From Candidatus Poribacteria bacterium (GTDB lineage Bacteria > Poribacteria > WGA-4E > WGA-3G), in the NCBI GenBank assembly GCA_963665235.2, contig CAXXLX010000001.1:1408001-1472000 (forward strand): a stretch of DNA of 64,000 nucleotides. Reading direction: 5' to 3'. Below the pieces are notes generated by a model that searched no databases, had not been told where the DNA came from, and saw only the letters and a list, made by a program, of their open reading frames with translations. The translations under genes and the position numbers were made by a program. This document shows, in pieces, positions 18,627 to 29,278 of the stretch (position 1 is the stretch's first letter; each line of letters starts with the position of its first letter).

Positions 18627-19319
18627 ATGCCTTATCTGTTAACAGTGCTGTTCCTTATCTATCTAAGCACCGGCATTTCAGTGGCAGACTCTACTGATGC
18701 CGAGTCTTCTAGACCTTTCCTTCCCGATTTTTTAGAGGTTCAAACGACATCGCTTCAACTTTCCCTATTTTCATACAAACCGGAGCTAGGCGATTTAGCA
18801 GAGCTTCTCCGAAACCTCGGCACCCCCGAAGTGTCTACCGCGGCAATGCCATCGATAGCAGTTGTCCTACAACATACATCGGAACTGGACTCGCGGTTAG
18901 AAATCGCCTATTGGGACACAGAGCTCGAGGTGCCACCGCCGACTTCAACGACGTTGTCTGCTACCCTCATGCCTATTTCATATCAACTCATTTATCGACC
19001 AGGATTGCTGTCCGGCTATATACCGCTCTATTTCGGGGGCGGCATCGGTTTTTTGCGGGTCAATTTCAGTAATAACCTCGAACAAGCAGGACTCACAATT
19101 CCGGAAGGTGTTTTCGGATGGACAGGATACTTTATCATCGGAATTGAACTGTTCCAGTGGGAGGCGGAACCAGGGGCGCGTGCTTACGTCACCAACAACA
19201 TATCGCTCAACTTTGAACTAAAACGAATTCTCAAAACCCTAGAGGCCACCGGACCGCCACCGCTCAACGTGGTTTTAGATGGTACTGCCATCGGAATAGG
19301 AATCAGAACACGGTTTTAA
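18627..19319 (+). CDS. Putative outer-membrane beta-barrel protein
   Basis: Signal peptide, YFGGGIG strand, C-terminal GIGIRTRF beta-signal. Confidence 0.6.
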   Translation: MPYLLTVLFLIYLSTGISVADSTDAESSRPFLPDFLEVQTTSLQLSLFSYKPELGDLAELLRNLGTPEVSTAAMPSIAVVLQHTSELDSRLEIAYWDTELEVPPPTSTTLSATLMPISYQLIYRPGLLSGYIPLYFGGGIGFLRVNFSNNLEQAGLTIPEGVFGWTGYFIIGIELFQWEAEPGARAYVTNNISLNFELKRILKTLEATGPPPLNVVLDGTAIGIGIRTRF

Positions 19320-19349
19320 ACGTTTGGCAAGCCGCTCTTGAGACATCGG

Positions 19350-20738
19350 ATGTCTTTAAAAAAACTGGGAAACCCTATCCCTCTGTTTCTAGTCTGCCTC
19401 GTGTTCGGAGCAATCCTCGGACGCTATTCAGAGACACCCCTCGCCCTCCTTTGCCTATTGGTCGCAACCGGTCTATTTGTATGCGTTGGGATGGAGTTCG
19501 CGCTCTATCTTCTGCTTGTCTGCTTACCCTTTTCGTTCCGCTATATCATTCCGAAGTTGTTGGAGGTTCAGACTCCTACCGAACCGTTGTTAGGTATGTT
19601 GAGTGCGGTCTATCTGTTAAAAAAGATTGTGGATTACGCGCGCCGCCAGCCGAAGCAGACCCCGCCCTTTCCGTTTCTAAAACCGCTCTGCTTTTACATT
19701 TTCGTCATGTTCCTGTCTGCAATCAATACCCCTGACCTTTTTGTCACTCTCAAAGGGGCCCTCCGCGCGAGCATTTATGTGATGTTCAGTCTGGTAGTAT
19801 ACGACTTAATCCGGAATCGCCAACGTTTGAAACGCCTTTTTATCGCCACGTTTCCGAGCGCTGCCGTTGCTATTGTCTGGACGATTATTGTGCTTATCTA
19901 TCATATTGACCAATGGCAGTGGACGAGTGCATATCGGAGTTCGCCTTTTACGAACTACTCCGTTTACGGCTCTTTCACGGCAGTTTTCTTCTTAATTTGC
20001 CTCAGCCGGTTGTTATTTGACAACAGCCGTTATGACCGCGTTCAGTGGGTAGGGTGGTTCGTCTGCTTTGGAGCGGGGCTCATTATGTGTTTTTCGCGCG
20101 GCGTGTGGCTCTCTGTCATCGTAGCGGTTGGACTTATGCTGCTCCAATTAGACAGCGGTGGGACACATAAAAAAATCCTGTTTATCGGTGCTGCCTGTCT
20201 TATCTTACTGATAGGTTTGAACCTACCGGGTGTTTACAACATATTTGTGGAACGAATTTTATCTACGGTGGATGTGGGTTATGCCTCAAACCGAGCGAGG
20301 CTACTCCGATGGGGACAGGCGATTATGATGTTCCTTGAAAGTCCTATTTTGGGGAAAGGTTACGGGGCTTTCGCGATGCTTTACGAGGAGGATGTCGGAC
20401 TTGTTGGCACTTACACGGCACAGTTTCAGCTGGGCGCGCACAGTGAATACCTACAAGTTATGGCGGAATTAGGGATTGTCGGGCTGGCAGCGTGGATATG
20501 GCTCAACCTTGCATTTCTACGTTACGGTTTTCGTGCGCTCAAAAGAATAGAAGACCGGTTTTACCGCGCAGTTGTCATCGGCCTCATGGCAGCCGAAATT
20601 TCGTTGATGGTGCATTTTATCGTAAACAACCTACTCAATGGCGATGCCATCGGCGTGCCGTTCTGGGGGATTTACGGACTACTGCCAGCAGTCGTCCAAA
20701 TAGCAGAGCGTCCGCCCAAGTCCCCGCTTACTTGTTAA
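19350..20738 (+). CDS. O-antigen ligase / Wzy_C family protein
   Basis: FSRGVW, RLLRW..A..MF..PILGKG, AHSEYLQVMAELGIVG. Confidence 0.88.
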   Translation: MSLKKLGNPIPLFLVCLVFGAILGRYSETPLALLCLLVATGLFVCVGMEFALYLLLVCLPFSFRYIIPKLLEVQTPTEPLLGMLSAVYLLKKIVDYARRQPKQTPPFPFLKPLCFYIFVMFLSAINTPDLFVTLKGALRASIYVMFSLVVYDLIRNRQRLKRLFIATFPSAAVAIVWTIIVLIYHIDQWQWTSAYRSSPFTNYSVYGSFTAVFFLICLSRLLFDNSRYDRVQWVGWFVCFGAGLIMCFSRGVWLSVIVAVGLMLLQLDSGGTHKKILFIGAACLILLIGLNLPGVYNIFVERILSTVDVGYASNRARLLRWGQAIMMFLESPILGKGYGAFAMLYEEDVGLVGTYTAQFQLGAHSEYLQVMAELGIVGLAAWIWLNLAFLRYGFRALKRIEDRFYRAVVIGLMAAEISLMVHFIVNNLLNGDAIGVPFWGIYGLLPAVVQIAERPPKSPLTC

Positions 20739-21333
20739 ATTTGACATATCGCCACCCATCAATAAGCACAGGGACCCCTCGGATGAGACATATTATGACA
20801 GCCACAGTAGCACCTATAAAGGCTACTGTCCGGAGAGTTCCAACATAGGCAACCTCCTGATGAAATTTTTCAAGGGTCATCACGATAGGAAGAGAGAGGA
20901 AGGCGAAGGCTTTGGAGGCACCAGAAAGAAGTCGAGAGATACGCGAACTTGTCAACGCACGGGTCCAGGGAACAGCCATCATTTCAAAAGGGGTTTTCCC
21001 CTGTTTGAGTGCCATGCTTCTCACACTATCGGTTAGGATACCGCGAACTACGACAGCAATCGGCATCCAGATAGGTATAATGTTATTCTGTATTCCTGCG
21101 AAGTAAATCCAAAAGACGTTTTCAATAATCCTGTCCGCGGCAATGTCAAAAACTGCCCCGAATGCAGAGGTCCGGTTCTGTTTACGCGCAATATAGCCAT
21201 CAATCGCGTCAAGCGCGAAGATGAGACCGATTGTTGCAATGCACACAATGTCCAAGTAGCGATGCTGTCCAAAGAGCACAAGAACAATCAAGGTTAACAA
21301 AAGACGATAGAACGTTATAGCGTTTGCTGTCAT
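20728..21333 (-). CDS. CDP-alcohol phosphatidyltransferase (PgsA-like)
   Basis: DAIDGYIAR...GAVFDIAAD signature. Confidence 0.9.
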   Translation of the reverse strand: MTANAITFYRLLLTLIVLVLFGQHRYLDIVCIATIGLIFALDAIDGYIARKQNRTSAFGAVFDIAADRIIENVFWIYFAGIQNNIIPIWMPIAVVVRGILTDSVRSMALKQGKTPFEMMAVPWTRALTSSRISRLLSGASKAFAFLSLPIVMTLEKFHQEVAYVGTLRTVAFIGATVAVIICLIRGVPVLIDGWRYVKFNK

Positions 21334-21523
21334 GACCGTTTATTCTCCTTCATTAGACATATTTTAACAGACATCCACCTTGCATGTCAAACATATAACG
21401 TTTTTTAGACAGTGGATATTGTTGCAGGGTTAGACTGTTTTGTGTTATAATCAAAAAAGAGAAATCTATTTGAAAATTGGCGAAAGTTTGTGGTACAATA
21501 CTAAAAAGATAGGAGGAAAAATT

Positions 21524-22288
21524 ATGAAAGTTGGTATTAGAGATGGGATGTTACCCGTTTCGTTTGAAGAATCGTTTCGGAAAGCAAAAGAGATTGGGTT
21601 TGATGGCATTGAGCTCTGCATGGGCACCAATTATCGGTCCCACCCACTTTGGCAAGAGGGCGGGATTGACAAGATAAATAGCCTCGCTGCGGATGCGGAT
21701 ATTGAGGTATCCTCGTTGTCTCCGGGCGGGTTCACGGCTTACTCGTTTATGCATCCGATTGACAGCGTGCGGACAGAAGGCATTGCGAAGCTGCAATATC
21801 TGGCGGAGACCTGTCCGAAATTAGGGACAAACGTGATTTTGGTGCCGTTCTTTGGGGGCGGTCAAATCAAGGATGAGCATATCACTTCACCGCGTTTTTT
21901 AGATGGGTTGAAAGCAGCAGCGGAAACCGCAGAGAAACAGAACGTTTTTCTCGCTATTGAATCCACGCTAAATGCTGCACAACACCAGCAAATTATTGAG
22001 CAAGTGGGTTCAAACGCCGTCGGTGTGTATTACGACATGGGCAATGCGACAGGTTTCGGCTACGATTCACCCACTGAAATACGGGACTTAGGCACATCGA
22101 TTGTTCAGATGCATATTAAAGACACAGGCGGCAATCACGCGGGGGAAGGTGAGGTCGATTTTCCGGCGGTTTTTGAGGCTGCACATGCTATCGGCTACGA
22201 CAGTTGGTTTGTGTTGGAAACGCCTGGGAAAGATGACCCGACTGCGTCAGCAGCGAAAAACCTCAATTTTGTCAGGAGCAACTTTTAA
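21524..22288 (+). CDS. Sugar phosphate isomerase/epimerase (xylose isomerase-like TIM barrel)
   Basis: GFDGIE, LAIE, YDMGN, HIKD, VLE; AGGAGG RBS. Confidence 0.88.
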   Translation: MKVGIRDGMLPVSFEESFRKAKEIGFDGIELCMGTNYRSHPLWQEGGIDKINSLAADADIEVSSLSPGGFTAYSFMHPIDSVRTEGIAKLQYLAETCPKLGTNVILVPFFGGGQIKDEHITSPRFLDGLKAAAETAEKQNVFLAIESTLNAAQHQQIIEQVGSNAVGVYYDMGNATGFGYDSPTEIRDLGTSIVQMHIKDTGGNHAGEGEVDFPAVFEAAHAIGYDSWFVLETPGKDDPTASAAKNLNFVRSNF

Positions 22289-22395
22289 GCTGCATCGTTT
22301 TCGACTGGGGCCTATATTTCCTGTCCTTGCTACAGAAAAACTGACCCGCTTAACTACAAAAAATATAAGCCTTCACACCCCTTGGAGAGGTTGAT

Positions 22396-23208
22396 ATGAA
22401 CCGTCCAAAATTGGTTATCCCACGTTCGGAATCTAAAAAATTGCTGGCACTGCCGACACGTGAGGCGGAGCAACTGTTTCAAAGTTATGAAAAGGAGCAG
22501 CAATTGGAGATTCTTCGCGCCACACGCAATCCGAAGGACCGAGAACAATTATATTATCTTGTGCCGGATTGCACCGAGTTAATTCAAGAGAGCCCAACGG
22601 AAGAGGTCCTGCAGGTTTTGGACACCTTGCTCGGCACCGGGCTTGCCTCTGGATTATTACCCTGTTTGTCAAATGAGCAATTTGAGGAACTGATTGATAT
22701 TGCCGTTTGGCGAGACGGTAAATTGGATGAAGAATCCCTGAGCCTGTGGTTGTTTGAGTTCTCTGAATGCGACAGAGATGACCTCGGTCGATTTCTCGGT
22801 GAGATAGATATGCGGCTTATAGCGAGTCTGCTCAAAGAACGGGTTCACTTAAAAGAGGATTACGGCGGATTGATGATTGAGGAAGGCTACATCGAGCCTA
22901 ACTCCCCAGGGATTGACTACAAAGATGAGCAAGCCAAAGCGATTCTCAATGCAATTTGGGAAGCGGATAGTGAGCTCTTCACGCTGCTCCTTTTTGAACT
23001 CTTCGCTATTGACAAAGAGGGTGATGTTGAAACAGAGCTCGATACTGCATTAAACAGAGCACGCGAAGCAAGAGCCGAAAGGATGAAAGCGCGCGACCGC
23101 GAAGCAGGCATCGATATCACCGAAGCAGACCTGGTCAGGCAAGTTGACCTAGATACATTTGAACTTGACGAGGCCGAAGAGGACGAAGAGGACGATGCGG
23201 ACGAGTAA
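22396..23208 (+). CDS. Hypothetical acidic protein resembling the N-terminal half of DUF6178
   Basis: EQFEELIDIAVWRDGKLD segment; recognised from recall only. Confidence 0.5.
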   Translation: MNRPKLVIPRSESKKLLALPTREAEQLFQSYEKEQQLEILRATRNPKDREQLYYLVPDCTELIQESPTEEVLQVLDTLLGTGLASGLLPCLSNEQFEELIDIAVWRDGKLDEESLSLWLFEFSECDRDDLGRFLGEIDMRLIASLLKERVHLKEDYGGLMIEEGYIEPNSPGIDYKDEQAKAILNAIWEADSELFTLLLFELFAIDKEGDVETELDTALNRAREARAERMKARDREAGIDITEADLVRQVDLDTFELDEAEEDEEDDADE

Positions 23209-24151
23209 GTTTTCTCTCGTAGCCGATACAGTCATTGATGGACATCTGTTTTTGGCACAGACTTTGGCACACGGCGATGCTACCGGTAAAATTAATACCG
23301 AAAAATCGGAAACGCTTTCCGACGACATCGCCGCAATTGCCCATAAACTGATTACAATGAAGGTAGCTGACCTTGCTGATGCCGCAGAGCTCCAAACGCA
23401 GGTTCAGACCGCATTCGCTTTGACAAGCTTAGGCTTGGAATACGGCAGCAAGGGAGATTTGGATAAGGCTGTGCGCGTCCTACTCGCCAATCGGGTTATC
23501 AAGTTTTACCAAATTGGCAATACGCTCACCGATAAATTGTGCAAACAGGCGAAACACCTCATAGAACATGCAGTGATTCTACCGCCTGCTACTATTAACC
23601 ATCTCGATATTGACCCTATCCGAATCTATAATCACGTCGAGGCGGAATTTTTAGAGGCAGTGACCAAATATAATAGCACTACTGCTACACCACAGGTGAT
23701 AATAAAAAACGACCATCCGCCTCGCACCTTCATGCAACTTTCCGACTTAACGGTGGTACATCAACAACTAGATTATATTGAAACCCGGTGGGCTTATGTT
23801 CAAGCATTGCCGCTTGATGATATTTTCACAATTGACCCACCGCTCAGTCTTACCGTTGACCCAATTCAGACGTTGACGCTCGGTTTGATGGCGAATTTAA
23901 GCCTCTACTCGCAGCTGCGTTTCCAGATGGAATTGGACGAGTTTAACGATTTTCGGGACATCGTTTATGATGAAGATAGTGAAAATATCCGACCAAGGGC
24001 ACGGCAACGCTTGCTCCACTGGATTGAACATTATCTTAAACAGGACAACCAGCCGGAAGCGGTCAGACAATACGCTGCAGCTTATTGGAATGCTTGTCTC
24101 GAAGAGATAACAGCATCTCACAGTCAATGGCAAATGTCGAATAGCGAATAG
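23195..24151 (+). CDS. Hypothetical protein resembling the C-terminal half of DUF6178
   Basis: SLGLEYGSKGDLDKAVRVL..FYQIG; overlaps the preceding gene. Confidence 0.5.
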   Translation: MRTSKFSLVADTVIDGHLFLAQTLAHGDATGKINTEKSETLSDDIAAIAHKLITMKVADLADAAELQTQVQTAFALTSLGLEYGSKGDLDKAVRVLLANRVIKFYQIGNTLTDKLCKQAKHLIEHAVILPPATINHLDIDPIRIYNHVEAEFLEAVTKYNSTTATPQVIIKNDHPPRTFMQLSDLTVVHQQLDYIETRWAYVQALPLDDIFTIDPPLSLTVDPIQTLTLGLMANLSLYSQLRFQMELDEFNDFRDIVYDEDSENIRPRARQRLLHWIEHYLKQDNQPEAVRQYAAAYWNACLEEITASHSQWQMSNSE

Positions 24152-24226
24152 CTGACGACTAAATTGTGTGGCATGCAAAGTATCATGTTTTAATCAAGAA
24201 CTTTTGAGATTTTAGGAGGTGCAAAG

Positions 24227-24766
24227 ATGCAATTAGAAATCGCGACGTTGGGCGCAGGGTGTTTTTGGTGTGTCGAAGCAGTTTTTCAGCAGGTCGAGGG
24301 CGTTCATGAAGTCGTCTCCGGTTACATGGGCGGCACGACCGTCAATCCAAACTACCAAGCAGTGTGCACAGGGATAACAGGCCATGCGGAGGTCGTTCAG
24401 ATACAGTTTGACCCGAACGTTATCTCCTACGCTGCTTTGTTAGAAATCTTTTGGCACACACATGATGCAACCACGTTGAATCAGCAAGGTAATGATGTCG
24501 GAACGCAGTACCGTTCTGCAATTTTTTACCACTCCGAAGCACAACGGCGCATCGCTGAGGACTCCAAAGCAGAAATGGATAGCTCCGAGATGTGGGATGA
24601 CCCAATTGTTACGGAAGTTACGCCGATTGACACCTTCTATCCAGCGGAGGATTACCACCAAAACTATTTTCAATTGAATCCGAAACAGGCATATTGTCAA
24701 TTTGTGATTCATCCGAAGATGCGAAAGTTCACAAAGGATTTCAAGGATAAACTCAAAACGACCTGA
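24227..24766 (+). CDS. msrA: Peptide methionine sulfoxide reductase
   Basis: GCFWC, GHAE, QYRSAI, AEDYHQ. Confidence 0.97.
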   Translation: MQLEIATLGAGCFWCVEAVFQQVEGVHEVVSGYMGGTTVNPNYQAVCTGITGHAEVVQIQFDPNVISYAALLEIFWHTHDATTLNQQGNDVGTQYRSAIFYHSEAQRRIAEDSKAEMDSSEMWDDPIVTEVTPIDTFYPAEDYHQNYFQLNPKQAYCQFVIHPKMRKFTKDFKDKLKTT

Positions 24767-24805
24767 TGTCGTAAAGGTTATCCTTGAAAGGGAGATAATG
24801 AAACA

Positions 24806-26383
24806 ATGTTAAAACCGTTTTTTATGGGTTTCACAGCCCTTATCTGTTTTTTTATCGTTGGCGATGTGATTGCACAAGAAACCGCCCCACCACCGGTAGC
24901 TGTAAATGTAATAAAACCGCGCCGTGGCACGATTGTCTCCGAGAAGGGTTACAAAGGTTACCTACAACCGCGAGCGGAGGTTAAGGTTTTTGCGAATATA
25001 CCGGGCAAAATTATTACACTGAGTGCTGAGGCCGGGCAAACCGTAGCAAAGGGCGCAGTGCTTGCACAGAGCGATGCCCAGGCAGCAGGGATTACCGCAA
25101 TAAAAGCGGAGGTGGCGTTAAGCATTGCCCAATCGCAACTCACAACCACAGAAGCGAATGCCCAAACGCGTGTAGAATCACAACTTGTGACTGCACAGGA
25201 GACGCTTATGGCAACGCAGGCAAAATTAGAGGAGACAAAATCACTTGCCGAAATGCGGATTCGCAATCAGCTGACACAGGCAGAATCTGCCTACAAAGCA
25301 GCGGAGGCGAACGTTGAACGCTCAAAAGTCAACGCGCAGCAAGCCTTGGAACGTGCAAACGCCGAGTTTACCAAAGCGAAATCCGATTTTGAAAGAAACA
25401 AAACCCTTCACGAAAAGGAGCTCATCAGTGACAGTGCCTTGGAATCTTCAGAGACGACTTTCAAACTTGTGCAAAGTCGCTATGAAGAGGCGGTAGCTGC
25501 AGCGAAGCAGCATCAGGATAGCACTGCACAGCTTGCAGTGGAAAAGGCGAAGGCAGAACTATCAGTAGCGCGAAAGGTTGTGGAAAACCGCGGCTGGGAA
25601 CGTGAAATCGCCTCGGCTGAATCGAAGGTCACCCAGGCGCAAGCGAACCTCCGCACCGCCCAAAAATTGGTTGAAGCGAAGGCATGGGAACGGGAAATCG
25701 CAATCGCTAAAACCGCGGTGAGCGAAGCCGAGGAGCAGTTGAAACTTGCACGGGAGCAGGTAAATAAAGCAACAATCACGTCACCGATTGATGGCGTTAT
25801 CGCTACACGCCACCTCGGGGTCGGTACCTATGCAAAATCTGCTGAATCGTCAGGCACCCCTATATTCACGATTGTTGCGATGGATATCCTTAGGGCGGTT
25901 TGGACGGTGCCAGCCAGCGATGTAAACCAAATTAAAAACGGGAATATGGCACTGATTACGACAGCGACCGGCATTCAAAACATTGTCGGCACAATTGACT
26001 TCATCAGTCCGGTTGTTAAACAGGGGGAGAACACGGTTGTTGTTCACGCCACGCTTCTGAAGACGGAGGCAATGCCTGCCGAGGGCGCGCCGCCCGCGCA
26101 GAATAGCAGCTTGAAACCTGGCACCGCTGTCACGATTTCTATCAAAACCGGAGAACGGAAAAACGTCCAGCTGCTGCCACGGCGCGCGGTTTTGCATATT
26201 CAGAACGGCAGCGGTACAATTTTCGTCGTCGAGGAAAACGTCGCGCGGCCTAAACAGGTAACGGTCGGGGCAGTTTACGGCGGTGAAATTGAGGTTACCT
26301 CGCGCCTCGCCCAAAACGTCCAGGTCATTGTTGATGAACAGCATCGATTGCAGGATGGCACCTCTGTTTCAATCGTTCGTTAG
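24806..26383 (+). CDS. Efflux periplasmic adaptor (MFP/HlyD family) with extended helical hairpin
   Basis: Lipoyl halves (GQTVAKGAVLA; ITSPIDGV), long coiled coil, VTVG membrane-proximal domain. Confidence 0.85.
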   Translation: MLKPFFMGFTALICFFIVGDVIAQETAPPPVAVNVIKPRRGTIVSEKGYKGYLQPRAEVKVFANIPGKIITLSAEAGQTVAKGAVLAQSDAQAAGITAIKAEVALSIAQSQLTTTEANAQTRVESQLVTAQETLMATQAKLEETKSLAEMRIRNQLTQAESAYKAAEANVERSKVNAQQALERANAEFTKAKSDFERNKTLHEKELISDSALESSETTFKLVQSRYEEAVAAAKQHQDSTAQLAVEKAKAELSVARKVVENRGWEREIASAESKVTQAQANLRTAQKLVEAKAWEREIAIAKTAVSEAEEQLKLAREQVNKATITSPIDGVIATRHLGVGTYAKSAESSGTPIFTIVAMDILRAVWTVPASDVNQIKNGNMALITTATGIQNIVGTIDFISPVVKQGENTVVVHATLLKTEAMPAEGAPPAQNSSLKPGTAVTISIKTGERKNVQLLPRRAVLHIQNGSGTIFVVEENVARPKQVTVGAVYGGEIEVTSRLAQNVQVIVDEQHRLQDGTSVSIVR

Positions 26384-26442
26384 CTTAACGCGCGGCACTT
26401 GTTCAGAAGGCGTGTATGAGCACGACGGCACGCCTCCCTAAA

Positions 26443-27840
26443 TCACTCCCACAAATAGATGTGAATTGTCCTATCTTTGGCACGAGCGTAGGCGGGCAAT
26501 GTTCTGACCATGCGTCCTCTTTGACGAATCCAATCGCGCACCTTTTGATTGGCATCAAAGACGTTGAAGCTCGCCACGTCCACTAAAAACCATAACCGCC
26601 TTTTCCCCAAAGGTGTCCACTGCTTCTCAAACCCTTCCGCGTCACGCAGCAGCCTGTCAGCGTCGAACGCCTCCATTTCCGGAAGGTAATACGTTCCCAT
26701 CTGTGGTTCCGAAAGCACGATGCTATCTATAGGTTTCATCTGTGTCCTGATAGCGGCGAACGCTTCCCGCCACTTCGGTCGCCCCCCATTTTCGAGGTTA
26801 AAATAGAGATACGCTTGTGACAGCAACACGATGATGAGCAGGGCAGGCAGAAGTGCTTTAGATAGATAAGACTTGTCCGCAACGTGTGCTTCCCAAATAG
26901 TGGTACACCCTACAGCTGCGAGGATGAAATAGGCTGGCGTTGTCCAAAACAGATAATAACCTGCGACGTTCTGAAACTGTGATGCAACAAGCAAGAGTGC
27001 TAATCCTACTCCTGCGTAGCAGCTGAGAAAGCGGATGCCACGTTCAGTAGGTTTCGTAATAACGGCAAAAAAGGCGGTAACGGCTACCGGAATGCTAACC
27101 CCCTGGACAAGTGTTAGCACAATATAGAGCGGACTACGTTGCCATTCGTTGCGGCCCCATCCGGCAAAAAAGTAATCCCGAATTTGTGGAAGCGCGAGCA
27201 GGAGCACAGGTAAGGCGAACGGCATAAAAAAGAGTAGCAGAATTAACCATCGCTTTCTGGTACGCGCCTCTAATAAACACAAAACAGCATAGACTGCCAA
27301 GGCCGGCACGATAACTACCGCAAGGACGTGTGATAGAATTAGGCAGATACAGCTGACAAGTGCCCCCCCCATGAAAATCAACGAATTGCGTTCTAAAGCG
27401 ATATAGAAAAACCAAGCTGTTAACACCGCGAACAGAAAGGTGAAGATATAGGAACGCGCATTCTGTGACCAAAACAGATGCCAACTTGAAAGGGCTACAA
27501 ACGTCGCTGCAAGCAGCCCAACCCGCCTATTGAATAAGGTCCGTCCGAATCCGAAGACGACCGGGATAGAAAGAATCCCAACCACACACGGAATTAACCG
27601 ACTGCCCCATTCTGTGTCACCAGCAATTGTCAAAGAGAGTTTTACGGCAATGTAAGGAAGCGGATTAATCGGTGAATTGGAGAGTGAAAAGTTTTGTGCG
27701 TCAAGCACGGTGAGGACTTCATCAATCCAGAAACTCCATCCTCCGAGGTGCCACAATCGAAGTATCCCCCCGATGCTGACAATACCGATGAGCATGATAT
27801 GCCTATTTTTTAGGCAATTTTGTGATGAAAATTTCAGCAT
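26443..27840 (-). CDS. Glycosyltransferase family 39 (PMT-like GT-C)
   Basis: SFWIDE, WSQNARSY, many TM helices. Confidence 0.85.
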   Translation of the reverse strand: MLKFSSQNCLKNRHIMLIGIVSIGGILRLWHLGGWSFWIDEVLTVLDAQNFSLSNSPINPLPYIAVKLSLTIAGDTEWGSRLIPCVVGILSIPVVFGFGRTLFNRRVGLLAATFVALSSWHLFWSQNARSYIFTFLFAVLTAWFFYIALERNSLIFMGGALVSCICLILSHVLAVVIVPALAVYAVLCLLEARTRKRWLILLLFFMPFALPVLLLALPQIRDYFFAGWGRNEWQRSPLYIVLTLVQGVSIPVAVTAFFAVITKPTERGIRFLSCYAGVGLALLLVASQFQNVAGYYLFWTTPAYFILAAVGCTTIWEAHVADKSYLSKALLPALLIIVLLSQAYLYFNLENGGRPKWREAFAAIRTQMKPIDSIVLSEPQMGTYYLPEMEAFDADRLLRDAEGFEKQWTPLGKRRLWFLVDVASFNVFDANQKVRDWIRQRGRMVRTLPAYARAKDRTIHIYLWE

Positions 27841-27985
27841 GTTTGTTCAAAAATCTATCGCTTTAAACTGCGAAAATCGGTTCGCTATACATTGATATTT
27901 ACAGCGCAGAAGATAGGCTAAAGTAAGGCTCCCGCTTATGTTTATCGTGTGCTATCTACCGTGTTATCTTTCATAAAAACCAAAT

Positions 27986-28001
27986 TGGCACGTATATTGC
28001 T
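27986..28001 (+). promoter_or_regulatory. Sigma54 (-24/-12) promoter
   Basis: TGGCACGTATATTGCT matches TGGCACG-N4-TTGC; upstream of the putative porin and amtB. Confidence 0.8.
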
Positions 28002-28139
28002 TAAATAGGGCAGTGCTAGTAAGCACAAATTCTATCAAAAGTTGGTGCCGGAGTCAAGAAAAGTTTTCACATCTGGCACACACGACACTATCGCACGGCA
28101 TATACCCGTGCTTGTACATAATACAATAAGGAGATATTA

Positions 28140-28871
28140 ATGAAAACTAAAGCGTTTTGGTTACCTCAGTTGTTGGCAATAATTTGTATCCTCACAGTGG
28201 GGAGCGTCCCGATGGTTTATGGTGGTGCCCACGAAGAGGGTGAAGAGATAGAAATGGAAGAGGAATCGGGTATTTCCGGGTGGTTCCGGACCGATACGGA
28301 TGGCTACGGAACACAAATCTGGTTCGGTGCGAGTCATCCGATGGGCAGTGTTTCCATAGACACCGATATATACGTTGTGGATACGTTTGGTGAATTTGAC
28401 CTCGGGCTTGGCATTCCGGTAGTCGATAGCGAAGACATGTCCCTTACTTTTCTCCCGATGGTGGGTATCGGGTTTGATTATAAATCAGCGAACGGTCCTT
28501 CTTCTCTGATTGCGCCGCAGCTGTTTACCTACCTTACTGCCGGCTCTATCTATCTTGAATCGTGGCTTCAATTTTTCTTCAACACGCCATTTGATTACGG
28601 TGATGACTCTTTTTATACCCGCGACTTTCTTCTCTATTCACTGAATGATACTATCGCTATCGGCCCGCAAGTAGAAGCAACAATTCTATTAAAGGGTTTA
28701 GAGGAAGAAACTGAAACAGGTCTTAGTAGTCTTGTTGTCGGTGGACGTATTAATCTAGGTTACGGTGAAAACAATACGTTAGGGCTCTTTGTCGGATACG
28801 AAACCCAACTCGAAGAAAAGTCAGAAGATTCGGGAATTACCGGCAGACTGACTTTCGTCCGTATGTGGTAG
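28140..28871 (+). CDS. Hypothetical exported protein, probable small beta-barrel porin
   Basis: Signal peptide, alternating beta strands, terminal aromatic (TFVRMW). Confidence 0.6.
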   Translation: MKTKAFWLPQLLAIICILTVGSVPMVYGGAHEEGEEIEMEEESGISGWFRTDTDGYGTQIWFGASHPMGSVSIDTDIYVVDTFGEFDLGLGIPVVDSEDMSLTFLPMVGIGFDYKSANGPSSLIAPQLFTYLTAGSIYLESWLQFFFNTPFDYGDDSFYTRDFLLYSLNDTIAIGPQVEATILLKGLEEETETGLSSLVVGGRINLGYGENNTLGLFVGYETQLEEKSEDSGITGRLTFVRMW

Positions 28872-29278
28872 AAATGGGTATCCTAAACAGCCACGGACTA
28901 AACAGACCGAGGCAACAAATTCATCGCGAATCCGAGTTAAAGCAGATTACTCATGATTCGCATTGAGGCGCGAGCACCCACAGAAAGTTTTACTGATATC
29001 CCTGAGTTTTCCTTTCCTATTTGTGGGTGTTCGTCTTTTAATGTCTAAAGCATGCTGTCTTTTTAAGCAGTTAGTGCTAATCACTCGATACCGTTATTAG
29101 ATTTTGATAGAATGGTAGGACAGGATAGTTCTTACTTTACGATGCTACGGCACACGGCGTGTGCCTGCTACTTTTTCACAATTTTGAGATTTAAGGGTGG
29201 ACAAAGTTGCATACCCTTACCGAAACAAACACGTAACAAGCATCATTTGCTTAAAAGTATTTATTAAGGAGGCTACAG

